A DNA stretch of 64,000 nt from Prorocentrum cordatum (lineage: Eukaryota), in assembly GCA_963575745.1 (NCBI GenBank), contig CAUYUJ010000114.1:1178001-1242000 (forward strand). Direction: 5' to 3'. The notes under the pieces are model-generated. The model saw nothing but the letters and a program-made list of their open reading frames with translations, made no database searches and had not been told where the DNA came from. Shown in pieces: positions 35,001 through 46,690 of this stretch. The position numbers and the translations under genes were made by a program. Position 1 is the stretch's first letter. The number at the start of each line of letters is the position of its first letter.

Positions 35001-35655
35001 TAGTTTTTTCAAGCGCCTCGGGGGCCTATGGGGAATCGTCTGCAGGCAAGCTGGGGTGGTTTGAACCGAATCGTCCCCCTCGTGGGCCGTCCAGAAGGCC
35101 TTTGCGGACCCTCTTGGCCCGTTGTGGGGCTCTCGTGGGGCCGTCCTGCGACTGTCCTGGGCCGTTGCTGTGGTTTCTGAGGCCTTCGTGATCGCCTGGA
35201 AGCCGTCGTAGAGCCTTTTTGAGAGCCTCTCGGGGTGTCGGCGGTCGAACTTGGAGGTTTACTGGGCCGTTGTAGGCCTCTTGGAAGCCTAAGAGGCGAA
35301 TGTACTGCAAATGTATGTTTTCCCAAGGGAAGGGGACAAAATTTGCTTCTGGAGGCCCTTCGCGGGGCGCCTCGTAATATTTTTCAAAAGTCTTGGGGAC
35401 TGATGGGGCCGTCTGGAGGCAGTCTTCGGCGTTTGGGAATGATCTCTCGTCGACTCGTAGCTCTCTTGGACCGTTCCAGGACCCTTTTGAACCTTTTTGG
35501 CTCGTCTTGGGGCCTCATGAGGCTCTAAGCTTGCGGCCGACACCTTTGCCCCCCACCCCCCACCCCTCCAAACCGGCCGGACTGGGCCCCCGGGGGAGGG
35601 GTTTGGGGAGGGGAAGCACCTCGCACGCCGTGACCCCAAGGGGTTGCGGATTTGG
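32100..35655. mobile_element. Two paralogous copies of a dispersed repeat with internal sub-repeats and a shared terminus
   Basis: Shared segment cattcggg..tggtggattc.ggggccc (32212, 33880); shared end ccggccg.actggg..cacgccgtg.ccc.aggggt.gcgga (33398-33476, 35573-35650). Confidence 0.6.
33596..33748. repeat. (GGA)n microsatellite
   Basis: Long gga run. Confidence 0.95.
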
Positions 35656-35766
35656 GCCCAAGGCACCCGCAAGACAGCCCGAGTTTGCCAAAGCTGGCCG
35701 AAATACCCAAAGAACGAATACCGATGTCAGATTGTGGTCGCGTCCCATGTGTAGTTGCAGATCGCG

Positions 35767-35883
35767 ATGTCTGGTTCGCTGTCTCTAGTTACTCGAGTTG
35801 CTTCTGGAATTTTCGCGGGAGCCACCACCAATCCCAAGCACATCCTGTTCTTGATGATCGACGATCTCGGTTGGAGCAATGTC
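35767..35883 (+). CDS. Probable first exon (or fragment) of a sulfatase / arylsulfatase
   Basis: MSGSLSLVTRVASGIFAGATTNPKHILFLMIDDLGWSNV matches the sulfatase N-terminal PNI(L/V)xxxxDDLGW motif; ttgcag acceptor ends at 35760; GT nearby at 35881 and 35884. Confidence 0.55.
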
Positions 35884-38309
35884 GTTCACCGTATTTCGTT
35901 TGACTTCAAACGTCCACCTATATACACATGAACCGCGCGGTTTCTAGCGCATGCCATGGTGTTATTAGCTGTGCGTACTTTTCGGACCGCCTCATTCCAT
36001 GCCTTGCCTTACCTCTTCTTCAATTGTTCTTCATATTTTCATTATCATTAACCCTCAAGTCTCTATCGGTTGTCCTCGCTTTTCGTTTCTCGTTCTTATC
36101 GACGGTTTCCTCTTGCTTGGGATTATGCGGGGCCTTCGAGCTGCTCAGGGCCGGCGTCCGGGGATACTGAATATGGAGTGGGTTGGCTTGGAGTGTAGGG
36201 GTCTCTTGGGGATCTTCTTGTTCGGGCTGCCTTGAAGGCACTGGGGCCCGTTTGGGGCCCTCGTGGGCTCTTCGAAGCTGTGGGGCAGTCTCGAGCCTCG
36301 GGGCCAAGTGAAGCTCTCCCGAAACCATTCGAAGGAGACGAGCGTGAGATTTACTGAATATGGGGATACATGAACGGATTTTGCGTTGATGGCTTTTTGG
36401 GGTCATTTGGGGGGCCCTTTGGGAGCTTCACTGGGGCATCTTGGCGGCCAGCGGGCGTCCTCCTGAACCAGCTCGGAACCTTCTCCAGGCCGAAAGAGTC
36501 ACCCAAAGACCCCAAGGCGAATCCCGGAGCCCAGGGAGGCCAATGGGATTGCGACGAGGGGGGGGGGGGGAAAGTGGGCCACCCCAGTGCCAGAAACCCG
36601 GTCGCCGGAGCACAGAGCAAGGTGGAGTTTTACACAGCGCGTTGATTGGTACATGAACGGACGAACTGAGCACGTGGCGGGTGGTTACGCTGCACTCGAA
36701 ATTACATACATTATGAGATCTGATTGCGTATTCCCCACGGGAAAGGCGAGCAACGCGAGGAAGAACGGGAGGAGGAAGGAGGGATGTGAGAGAAGTAAGG
36801 CGGGAAGAAGTGAAAGGAACGGAGGAAAAGGAGGGAAAAGGCGCTGGACGTTCCAGCGAAGCCCTTCGAACCACGGGGGGGCAAAGTCGAGATGGTGACG
36901 CAACGCCCCCCATCATTGTCATCCGTCTCTTCTTCCATTTCCTCACCTGTTCCTCCTGCTCCTCATCGTCTTCCTTCCAGTTCACCCTGCTCAAACAGGC
37001 CCGAATAGCCAACCTGATTCCACGCAGTGGAGCTCTCTTGGACCCTCTTGGGGCCCTCTTGGGCGAATCCCAGAACCTCTGGGGCCGTTTTGGGACCCTC
37101 TTGAGCCGTCTTCGGGCCCTAGGAGGGGGGGAGGGTGGGGTCAGGCGGAACGAAACAAACGATTGTCTCGGCAGCAAATAGATAGAATCCGAGGTTGGGA
37201 AAGAGATCAAAGTGCACAAGCGACCCCCCGCCAGGAAATCGGTTTCGATTTCGTGTTCGTGTCGCGCGTGCGGGCGAGGCGAAGCTGCGTCGGCGGGCGA
37301 GAAGAATGAACCCGCCGTGCTTAGGGCGAAGCCGTGCCAAACTCTGCTGTGGCCCCCGTTTGGCCAGCGCTGGCCCAGGGGTGTCTCGCGGTGTTCCCTC
37401 CTGTTGGCCGGTGGTGGCCCAGCGGTGTCCCGCGGTGTCCCGTGGTGTCTCGTCGTGTCCCGTGCTGTGCGATGCTGTGCTATGCTGCGCGGTGCTGTGC
37501 AGTACCATGTTATGCTATCAATGCGATGCTGAGCTATGTGATGCGATACGATAATATGCCGTACTATGCTATGCTATCATATGCGATGTTATGGTACGCC
37601 ATACCCCTTTCCTCCCCCCTCCACCGCACACAACCTCCCTATCACCCGAAGGGTGGTCATACATGTAGGCATGCATTGGCAGGGTCTCGCGGCCAGAGAC
37701 GCAACCGCCTCGCGCACACTTGCCTGGAGCGGGGAGGGATGGGGAGGGATGGGAACGATCTGCGAGGAGCGGGGAGGTGTGCGGAGTGGGGTGTCTTGTG
37801 GTCCTCTTGGGTTGTTTCAGAGCGCTCTGAGCCCCACAGGCGCGTTCGGAGGCCGTCTTAGAGGCCTCTGTGGGACGCCTTGGGGCGATCTTGGGGGCCT
37901 TTTGGGTCATCTTGGAGGCCTCTTGGGATGTCTTGGGGCGATCTGGGGGTTCTCTGGGGCCGTCGTGGATGTTACTCATAAGAAAAAGGGAATATGCTGA
38001 AAAGGCACGCTTCCCCAAAGAATGGGGCGATTTTTGTTCCTTGCGGCCCTCATAGGTGTCCTGTTGGCTTGGAGCCCTCTTGGAGGTTTGGGGGGCCTCT
38101 CCGGCCGTCTTGAAGCCATCTTGGGCCGTCTTGGCGCGCTCTTGGACCGTCTCGGGGGCCTCCTGGACCGTCTGTGGAGCGCCTTCGGGCCCTCCGAGAG
38201 CCCTGCGAAGGCCCGCAGTGAGTCCCGGACCCCGAAGGACACAGTGGGTACCGCGGGGGGGAGGGGGGGGAAGTTAGGAAAAGTGGGCCTGGTCGCGGGG
38301 TGTATTTCA

Positions 38310-38332
38310 CACATATACACGCACATACACAC

Positions 38333-38369
<37 letters not shown>

Positions 38370-38515
38370 CATATATACATATATACATATGTGTATGTAT
38401 ATATATGTATATGTATATGTATATGTATAGGTATATGTATATGTATATGTATATGTATACATATACATATACATATACATACATATATATATATATATTG
38501 AGAGAGAGAGAGAGA
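38310..38515. repeat. (TA)n / (TATG)n microsatellite
   Basis: Alternating TA-rich tract. Confidence 0.9.
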
Positions 38516-38644
38516 TTCCCGTGTACGAGGCCCGGGGGCCTGGGACCGCGACCTCGACGGCGCATGGGGGGACCAGGCGTCGTTTTCATTATGTGTTTTT
38601 TACGGGGTTTCGGCGACCCGGGGCCAACAGGGCCCCAAGAGGCA

Positions 38645-38750
38645 GGTAGGCCTAGGGTAGGCATTGGGGTAGGCCCTAGGGGTAGGCTTAGGGGTAGGCC
38701 CTAAAGGTAGGCCCTAGGGGTAGGCCTAGGGGTAGGCCATAGGGGCAAGC
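38645..38750. repeat. (GGTAGGCCCTAGG)-like minisatellite
   Basis: Tandem ggtaggcc(c)tagg units. Confidence 0.8.
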
Positions 38751-39796
38751 CTGTGGAATCTACATGCCTCCTCCTGCTCCCTCTTCTAGTCGTACACATT
38801 CGAAGAAGCAAAACTGCATACGTAAACCTACCTGTCGGAGCTCCGCGCAGATGCCTTGGATCCGCGCTGGGCCCCCCCCGCTCCCTGGCGCGCGGAGCAG
38901 GGAGGCCCCAGGAGGCCGCAGCGATGGCTCCAGACGCCTTTCAAGACGACTCCCATGACGCCAAGAAGGCCCCCGAAGGCCCCGAAGACGCCCCAAGAGG
39001 CACCCCGAGAGTGGCTTAGTAAGCAAAAATCGCCGATTTCCTACGGGGAAACTGATATTTTCGGCGTGTTTGCTTTTTGGGCGTCCACTGCATCCAAGAC
39101 GGCCCAAGAGGAGCCGGTCGAGGATGCTCCCAAGAGGGTCCCAAACGGCCCACGAGGGGGCCAAGACGGCCCACGAGGCGCCCCAAACGCCCGAACGTCC
39201 CAAGGCGGCGCCCAAGACAGGGACGAGGAACCGGAAATTCTGCCTTTTCGGCCCAAGAGACCCCCAAGAACCCTTAAGAGGCTCCAGTAAGGCGCCCACA
39301 AGCCCCAAGAGGCCCCCATGAGATCAGAAAAAAACACCAAAAGAGGCTCCGAAGACGCTCCAAGAGGCACCCCGAGAGTGGCCCAATGAGCACAAATCGT
39401 CCATGTCCGATCGGAAAACTGAAATTTTTGGCGTCTTCGCCTTTGGGGCTTTCACTGCGTCCAAGACGGCCCAAGAGGCACCCCAGACGGTCGAGGATGC
39501 CCCCAAGAGGGCTCCAAGACGGTCCACGACGGATCCAAGACGGCCCACGAGACGCCTAAACCGCCCAACAACGCCCCCAGTCGGCGCTCACGACGGGGAC
39601 GAGACACCGAAAATGTGAGCCAGTTGGCCCACGAGGCCCCCAGGAGACCCCAAGAGGCTCCAAGAAGCGCCCAAGAAGCCCCAAGAGGTCCCCAAGAGAC
39701 CCGCAAAAACACAAACAGATGCACCGAACACGCCCCAAGGGCCACACCAATAGAGCCCCACATAAGCAAACATGGCCCATTTCCTACGGAGAAGAA

Positions 39797-40720
39797 ATGA
39801 GAGGCATGCAGGAGCCGATGGAGATCCACCAGCTGGAGCTCAAGAGGCTGTCCACGCACCTGGCGACCTACCCGCACGTGACTTGGCATTTCGAGTATCA
39901 AGAGATGCCGACGGAGATCGCGATCGTGACTGACTCCGACTGGGCAGGAGATGAAGTGACGAGGCGAAGCCGTGGAGGCGGTTTCGAGTACGTGGGGAAG
40001 GCGTGCATCGACAGCTGGGATGGACAGCAGGCGTCGAGAGCACTCAGCAGTGGTGAAGCTGAGTACGTGGAGATGACTAACGGAGCGACCCGAGGTATCT
40101 GCACGAAGAACTTTCTCAAGCAGATGCAGATCGAGATGGCGGTGACGGTGGCTGGCGACAGCACGGCGGCGATCGGAATGTGTTCGAGGCTCGGCGCCGG
40201 TCGCATCAGGCACCTAGACGCGAGGTACCTGCGGCTGCAGGTGGCGAGCAAGGACGCGCGGACGAAGAAGGCCCCGACGAGCGAGAACGTGGCGGATCTC
40301 ATGACAAAGGCTCTGAATCCTACACGACACCACAAGTAGGTGAGAATGCTGCCCGTCACCGTGCAGTCTGCGCGGGGCTCAGCAGGGCAAGGCGGCGATC
40401 CACGACGGCCGCGGCGGAGCGAGATGGAGGCGACGCAGTACGTCATCGCTTCAGTGGCGCAGCATGCTGATGATTTGCACGTGCTTGGCCTAGGGTCAAG
40501 CGGTTAGCCTGCCACGTGCAGTGCGAAGCCGAGCGAGGCGCCGTGCAGCATGAAGCCGTGATGAATCATCGAGAACTCCCGCCAGGCAGAGCCAGCTCGA
40601 CGGGGCGCCGTCCACAGCTCGTACCTGGTGGAGGAGGTTCAATACTAAACGCGAGGGACGCAGACGAGCACGACGGAGCCTGCCGCTTTCGAGGAGGAGT
40701 GCGAGACATCATCGCGCCCT
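39797..40720 (+). mobile_element. 5'-truncated copia fragment: end of RT, RNase H, PPT and probable LTR start
   Basis: LKRL..VTDSDWAGD..RRS..ALSSGEAEY..GDSTAA..GRIRHLD..ENVADLMTK; gaggaggag (40691-40699) followed by TG. Confidence 0.85.
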
Positions 40721-41224
40721 CATTGCCAACAGGACAGAACAACATTTATGCTGATCATAGCCCCTCGCAGGCTCGAGCGCAAAAGGATGCCACATCTGCT
40801 CTCGCTCGCTGCCGCCCGTTTCGGGCATTCGGAGTCTCGATGCCATCTTGGTCCACCTTAGGCCGTCAGGGATTTTCTTGGACCATCTTGGCGGCCTTGG
40901 TGGCTTGCCAGGTCCGTCTTGGAGGCCATCTTGGGCGTTTTGGACGCTTTGGAAAGCGCCAGGAGTCGTCTTGGCCGCCCAGGGAACCCGATGAGTAGGG
41001 GTGGCGCGCGCCGCTGGGCGCGGCGAGAGGGGGGGGTCCTCTAGGACCCAACAGAGACCCTGCCAGACAGCACCTGGCAATTTTCCACGCCTCAACGTGC
41101 GAAAGCACGGTGGCGGATGCGGCGTCTGGCCGAGGCATCGGCCGATCTCCACCCTGTCGGGGATGCCATGGTCGGCGCTCTGCTGGAGGACCCGTCCGAT
41201 ATCGCAGCCCAATCCACGGCCTTA

Positions 41225-42874
41225 TAGGGGGGCCCCCAACCTCCTGATGACACGCGGCCCCAGCCTGGATTTCGTAGCCCGGACCCCGAAGATGGCGAGG
41301 TCTCTTGGTGGTCCGCGTAAAACGTCACTCCGCTGGACCTCCCAGCAGCTTTCTAAAGTGGCGACAATTTCGCAGATCGCAGCCCCCCGGGGATGGCGAG
41401 GTCTATGAATTTGCGTCTGGTACCCACGTTGCTGGCCCCCCAGCACGTCTCGAATGTGGCGACATTGTCGAAGATCGCAGCCCCCCAGGGATGTCAGTCA
41501 GTCAGTCAAGCCTGGCGCCTACACGGCGCATTGGCATATCAAAAGTCAAAGGCCGTGCTCTATGGGGTAGCCATGCAGAAATCAAGCAACACAGCGCGCA
41601 TCACCACTGCGACGCAGAAAAAGAAGCGCCCGACTGAGAAGCAATAAGCTGGAGGAGGCAGGTAGGGAGGATGGATGGAAGAGGGGAGCGGGGGGAGGAG
41701 GGGAGGGGGGAGGACGCTTACAGCCACTGGTCATTTAAAAGCTTGCTGACACATTCGGCCCATTGCTGTTTCGGCCTGCCACTTTTGCGGTTGGCTGTCC
41801 AGCGGTACGTTAAAATCCGAAGGAAGCTATCGCCTGGGAGTTCGGCAGTCTTTGCATAAAACCCCTGTTGCCGATCAAGCAAAATAGTTTAATAGTTTGA
41901 GTCTGCGTCTCGTGCCCACAATATCCCCCCCCAGCAGCCCTTGAGATTGGTGGCAGTTTCGCAGATCGCAGTCTCCCAGGGATGGCGAGGTCTAGTATGA
42001 ATCTGCGCCTGGTACCCACTTTTATGGCCCCCCAGCAGCCCTTGATAATGGCGACAGTTTCGCAGATCGCGGCCCCCCAGGGACGGCGAGGTCTAATCTG
42101 AATCTTCGCCTGGCACTTACCCAGTATGCTCACCCCCCAGCAGCCTTCGAAAGTGGCGACAGTTTGCACATCGCACCCCCCCACGGATGGCGAGGTCTAA
42201 TCTGGATGTTCGTCGGACCCACTATGCTGGCCCAATGGCAGCCCTCGCAAGTGGCCACAGTTGCGCAATTCGCGGCCTCCCAGGGATGGCGAGGTCCAAT
42301 CTGGATATGCGTCTGACCCACTAAGCTGGCCCCCGGCAGTCTCGAAAGTGGCCACAGTTTCGTAATTCGCGGCCTCCCAGGGATGGCGAGGTCGAATATG
42401 GATCTGCGTATGGTACCCAGTATGCTGCTCCCCCCAGCAGCCCTCGAGAGTGGCGACAGTTTCAGAGGTCGCATCACCCAAGGGATGGCGAGGTCTAATC
42501 TAGATTTGCCCCTGGTACCCACGATGCTGGCCCCCCCAAGCAACCCTCGAGAGTGGCGACAGTTTCGCAGATCGCAGCCCCCCAGGGATGGCGAATTCTA
42601 ATCCGACTCTGAACCTGGTACCCACGATGCTGGCCCCCCAGCAGCCCTCGAAAGTGGCGACCATTTCGCAGATCGCAGCCCCCCAGGGATTGCGTGGGCA
42701 AGCCAGGCAAAAGGCAGGACAAAAGAGGAGGAGCGAAGAGAGGAGGATGAGGGAGGGCAAGAGAGGAGAGGGGGAGGGAAGATAGGAAGAGAGATGAGAA
42801 GAGGAGATGGAGGGAGAGGAGACGCCACCCCAGTGCTCTGTTCAAGACGAGAACCCAACGTAGGAGGGTCGGGA
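41225..42874 (+). mobile_element. Satellite-carrying element with ~100-bp tandem unit
   Basis: Unit cccagcagccctcgaaagtggcgacagtttcgcagatcgcagccccccagggatggcgaggtctaat...; arrays 41290-41495 and 41925-42690; purine tract, then terminus ctctgttcaagacgagaacccaacgtaggagggtcggga. Confidence 0.7.
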
Positions 42875-43617
42875 GTACATGAATGAATGCATATACCCCC
42901 CCGGCCCAGGGTCGGCCACTCCGCAACCATCTGCGGACACTTTTTGATACTCCCTCCCCAGAGCCTCTAAAGAGCCTAGAGACGGCCCAAGAGGCTTCTA
43001 AGACGGCCTCAGGAGGCCCCAAAGATGCTCCAAGGGGGCCCCGGATCGCTCCAAGACCCCAAAAATGGTCCCAATACAGCCTAAGAGGCATGCACAACGC
43101 CCCAACAGGCCTCCAATGGGCTTCCCAAGAACGCACCAATTGTTGATTATTCTATGGTTTCTGTTTGAACGTTTTTTTAGGGTGGCTACCCGACGCTCCA
43201 AGACGGCCCGGCTTCACAACCTGCTCCAAGACGGCCCAAAAGGCCCCCAACAGGGCCCCACGACGGTCCAAGAGTCCCACCAAACGGCCCAAGTGGCGCA
43301 CAAGATCGCCCAAGAGGGCCCCATGATGGCCCCAAGAAGGGGCCCAAGAGGGGGAACACGAATCGACAATTCGAGCCTTCCGCCCCAGGAGGCCTTCTGG
43401 AGGCCCCAAGCGGCCCCTAAGAGAGTCCAAGAGGCCACCTAGAGGCCCCACGAGGCTCAAAAAGAGGCCCCCCAGAGGCCCCCAAACGGCCCCCCAGAGG
43501 CTGCCAAAACTGCTTCCAAGAGGGCCAGAGTTACTCTCGAGCCGAATAGTCAATTTTGCATGCTGAGACGCTTTCACGTAGATGAAATATACCCGAACAA
43601 TGTTTAGTTGTTTTTGC

Positions 43618-43738
43618 TTGGCGTGACGTGTACTCCATACGGTAGTGGTATCCATTACCGACCTAATTAGATACATGGTTGGACCCATCATGTATATATA
43701 TATATATTGATGGTAGTGCCCACGATCTTTGCCCGATC
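43618..43738. repeat. ~120-bp module X, copy 1 (others at 44809-44917 and 46008-46103)
   Basis: ggcgtgacgtgtactccatacggtagtggtatccatta..gacctagatacatgg..catgtata..gatggtagtgcccacga. Confidence 0.85.
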
Positions 43739-43750
43739 AATGTTCAGTTG

Positions 43751-44804
43751 TTCCCAACCATCCTGTGGTGTTGGGTCCTATTTTGAAGAGACGGTGCCCC
43801 GCGTCCCTTCCTTCCTTCCTTGATTCCTTCCTTCCCTCCTCCCCCTCCTTCCTCCTCCCCCTCCTTGCCTCTGCTCTCGGCACACCTCTCACACGTTTCG
43901 TAGCCCCATAGGGAGCTCCACCGAAGGTCCCAGTGAGGGGGGGCGCATGCGGTTTCCACACCCAGGGCAGCGTTTCGTGGCCCCATAGGGAGCTCCACCG
44001 AAGGTCCCAGTGAGGGGGGGGCGCATGCGGTTCCCACACCCAGGGCAGCGTTTCGTGGCCCCATAGGGATCTCCACCGAAGGTCCCAGTGAGGGGGGGGC
44101 GCATGCGGTTCCCACACCCCGGGCAGCGTTTCGTGGCCCCATACGGAGCTCCACCGAAGGTCCCAGTGAGGGGGGGGCGCATGCGGTTCCCACACCCAGG
44201 GCAGCGTTCCGTGGCCCCATAGGGAGCTCCACCGAAGGCCCCAGTGGGGTTGTTCGCATGCGGTTCCCCCACCCAGGGCAGCGTTTCGTGGCCCATAGGG
44301 AGCTCCACCGAAGGCCCCAGTGGGGGTGGGCGCATGCGGTTCCCCCAACAAGGGCAGCGCTTCGTGGCCCAATAGGCAGCTCGACCGAAGGCCCCACTGG
44401 GGGTGGGCGCATGCGGTTCCCCCACCCAGGGCAGCGTTTCGTGGCCCATAGGGAGTTCCACCGAAGGCCCCAGCGGGGGTGGAGGTATGCGGTTCCCCCA
44501 CCCAGGGCAGCGCTTCGTGGCCCAATAGGGAGCTCGACCGAAGGCCCCAGTGGGGGTGTTCGCATGCGTCTCCCTTGCCCAGGACAGCGCTTCGTGGCCC
44601 CATAGGGAGCTCCACCGAAGGCCCCAGTGGGGGGGGGTCCGTATGCGGTTCCCCCACCCAGGGCAGCGCTTCGTGGCCCCATAGGGAGCTCCACCGAAGG
44701 CCCCAGTGGGGGTGTTCGCATGCGCCTCCCCTACCCAGAGGTAGCGCCACCGAAACCGATATTCAGATTTGCGGTATTCACAACTGCATATGGTTGGGTC
44801 CTTC
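43751..44804 (-). mobile_element. 77-bp-satellite element, copy A (~11 units)
   Basis: Conserved terminus, (CCTT)n tract, 77-bp array and conserved head, in reverse orientation. Confidence 0.85.
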
Positions 44805-44920
44805 ACAACTGGCGTGACGTGCACTCCACGCGGTAGTGGTATCCATTATCGGCCTAGATACAGGGTGCGACCAACCATGTATATAGTGATGGTAGTGCCC
44901 ACGATTGTTGCCCGATCTAT

Positions 44921-45994
44921 TTCTCAACCATCCTGTGGTGTTGGGTCCTCGTTTCGAAGAGACGGTGCCCCGCGTCCCTTCTTTCATTCCTTCCTGCCTT
45001 CCTTCCGTCCTTCCTTCCTTCCTTCCTGCCTTCCTTCCCTCCTCCCCCATCCTCCCTCCTCCCCCTCCTTGCCCCTGCTCTCGGCACACCTCTCACACGT
45101 TTCGTAGCCCCATAGGGGGCTCCACCGAAGGTCCCAGTGAGGGGGGGCGCATGCGGTTTCCACACCCAGGGCAGCGCTTCGAGGCCCCATAGGGAGCTCC
45201 ACCGAAGGTCCCAGTGAGGGGGGGCGCATGTGGTTCCCACACCCAGGGCAGCGTTTCGTGGCCCCATAGGTAGCTCCACCGAAGGTCCCAGTGAGGGGGG
45301 GCGCATGCGGTTCCTACACCCAGGGCAGCGCTCCGTGGCCCCATAGGGAGCCCAACCGAAGGTCCCAGTGAGGGGGGGGGGGCGCGTGCAGTTCCCACAC
45401 CCAGGGCAGCGCTTCGTGGCCCCATAGGGAGCTCCACCGAAGGTCCCAGTGCGGGTGGGCGCATGCGGTTCCCCCACCCAGGGCAGCGTTTCTTGGCCCC
45501 ACAGGGAGTTCCACCGAAGGTCCCAGTGAGGGGGGGCGCATGCGGTTCCCACACCCAGGGCAGCGTTTCGTGGCCCCATAGGGAGCTCCACCGAAGGCCC
45601 CACTGGGGGTGGGCGCATGCGGTTCCCCCACCCAGAGCAGTGCTTCGTGGCCCCATAGGGAGCTCCACCGAAGGCCCCAGTGGGGGTGGAGGTATGCGGT
45701 TGCCACACCAAGGGCAGCGTTTCGTGGCCCAATAGGGAGCTCGACCGAAGGCCCCAGTGGGGGTGTTCGCATGCGTCTCCCCTGCCCAGGACAGCGCTTC
45801 GTGGCCCCATAGGGAGCTCCACCGAAGGCCCCAGGGGGGGTGTCCGCATGCGGTTCCCCCACCCAGGGCAGCGCTTTGTGGCCCCATAGGGAGCTCCACC
45901 TCAGGCCCCAGTGGGGGTGTTCGCATGCGTCTCCCCTACCCAGAGGTAGCGTATTCACGACTGCATATGGTTGGGTCCTTCGCCAGGCTAATTT
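44921..45994 (-). mobile_element. 77-bp-satellite element, copy B (~11 units)
   Basis: Same architecture as copy A. Confidence 0.85.
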
Positions 45995-46690
45995 CAATTG
46001 TTTTTAGCTGGCGTGGCGTGTACTCCATACGGTAGTGGTATCCATTATCGACCTAGATACATGGTGCGACCCACCATGTATACATTGATGGTAGTGCCCA
46101 CGACCTTTTACTTAGTTTCTCTTTGGCTTTCGAGCCCTGTTGCCTAGTGTAGTTAGATGAGCGCTGTGCATGCCGTTGAAAGCAATTGCTATGGACATGC
46201 CGCTGCTCCGAACCAGATGTCTCGCAGGCAGTGTAGTAGCTAGGCTTCACAATCCAGTTTAACTGATCTGTGATCGATGCCAAGGTGATTCCTTCAAGGG
46301 GCACTCCTCTCCGTCGTCTGTCGGATGTGGAGACAGCTGTTTGTTGCCTCCATTCGACGACAAGGGGCTCAGCTCTGCTTCTGGAGCATCTGAGCACACC
46401 ATGGTCCCACGTTCAAGGATCAGACACCGACGCAAGCTGGAGCCGAGCGAGGCAGATCTGGGATGCCCCGAAGAGCAGGGTCGGGAGGAGGGTCCTTTGC
46501 ACCTTGATCGCTGAGCCTTCGTTGCATGCTGTTTGCATGGGGCCGCTGCATCTCTCGAGCTGGGCTCTGCTCGAAGGGTGCCCTGTGGCGTGGCACCACG
46601 GCATAGAGTCCTGAGCCGGGTGGATTCTCGTGGGGTCCTCTGGAGCTGGGAGGGAAGCTGAAGCTGAAGCTAGGGGCCCTAAAGGCGAGG

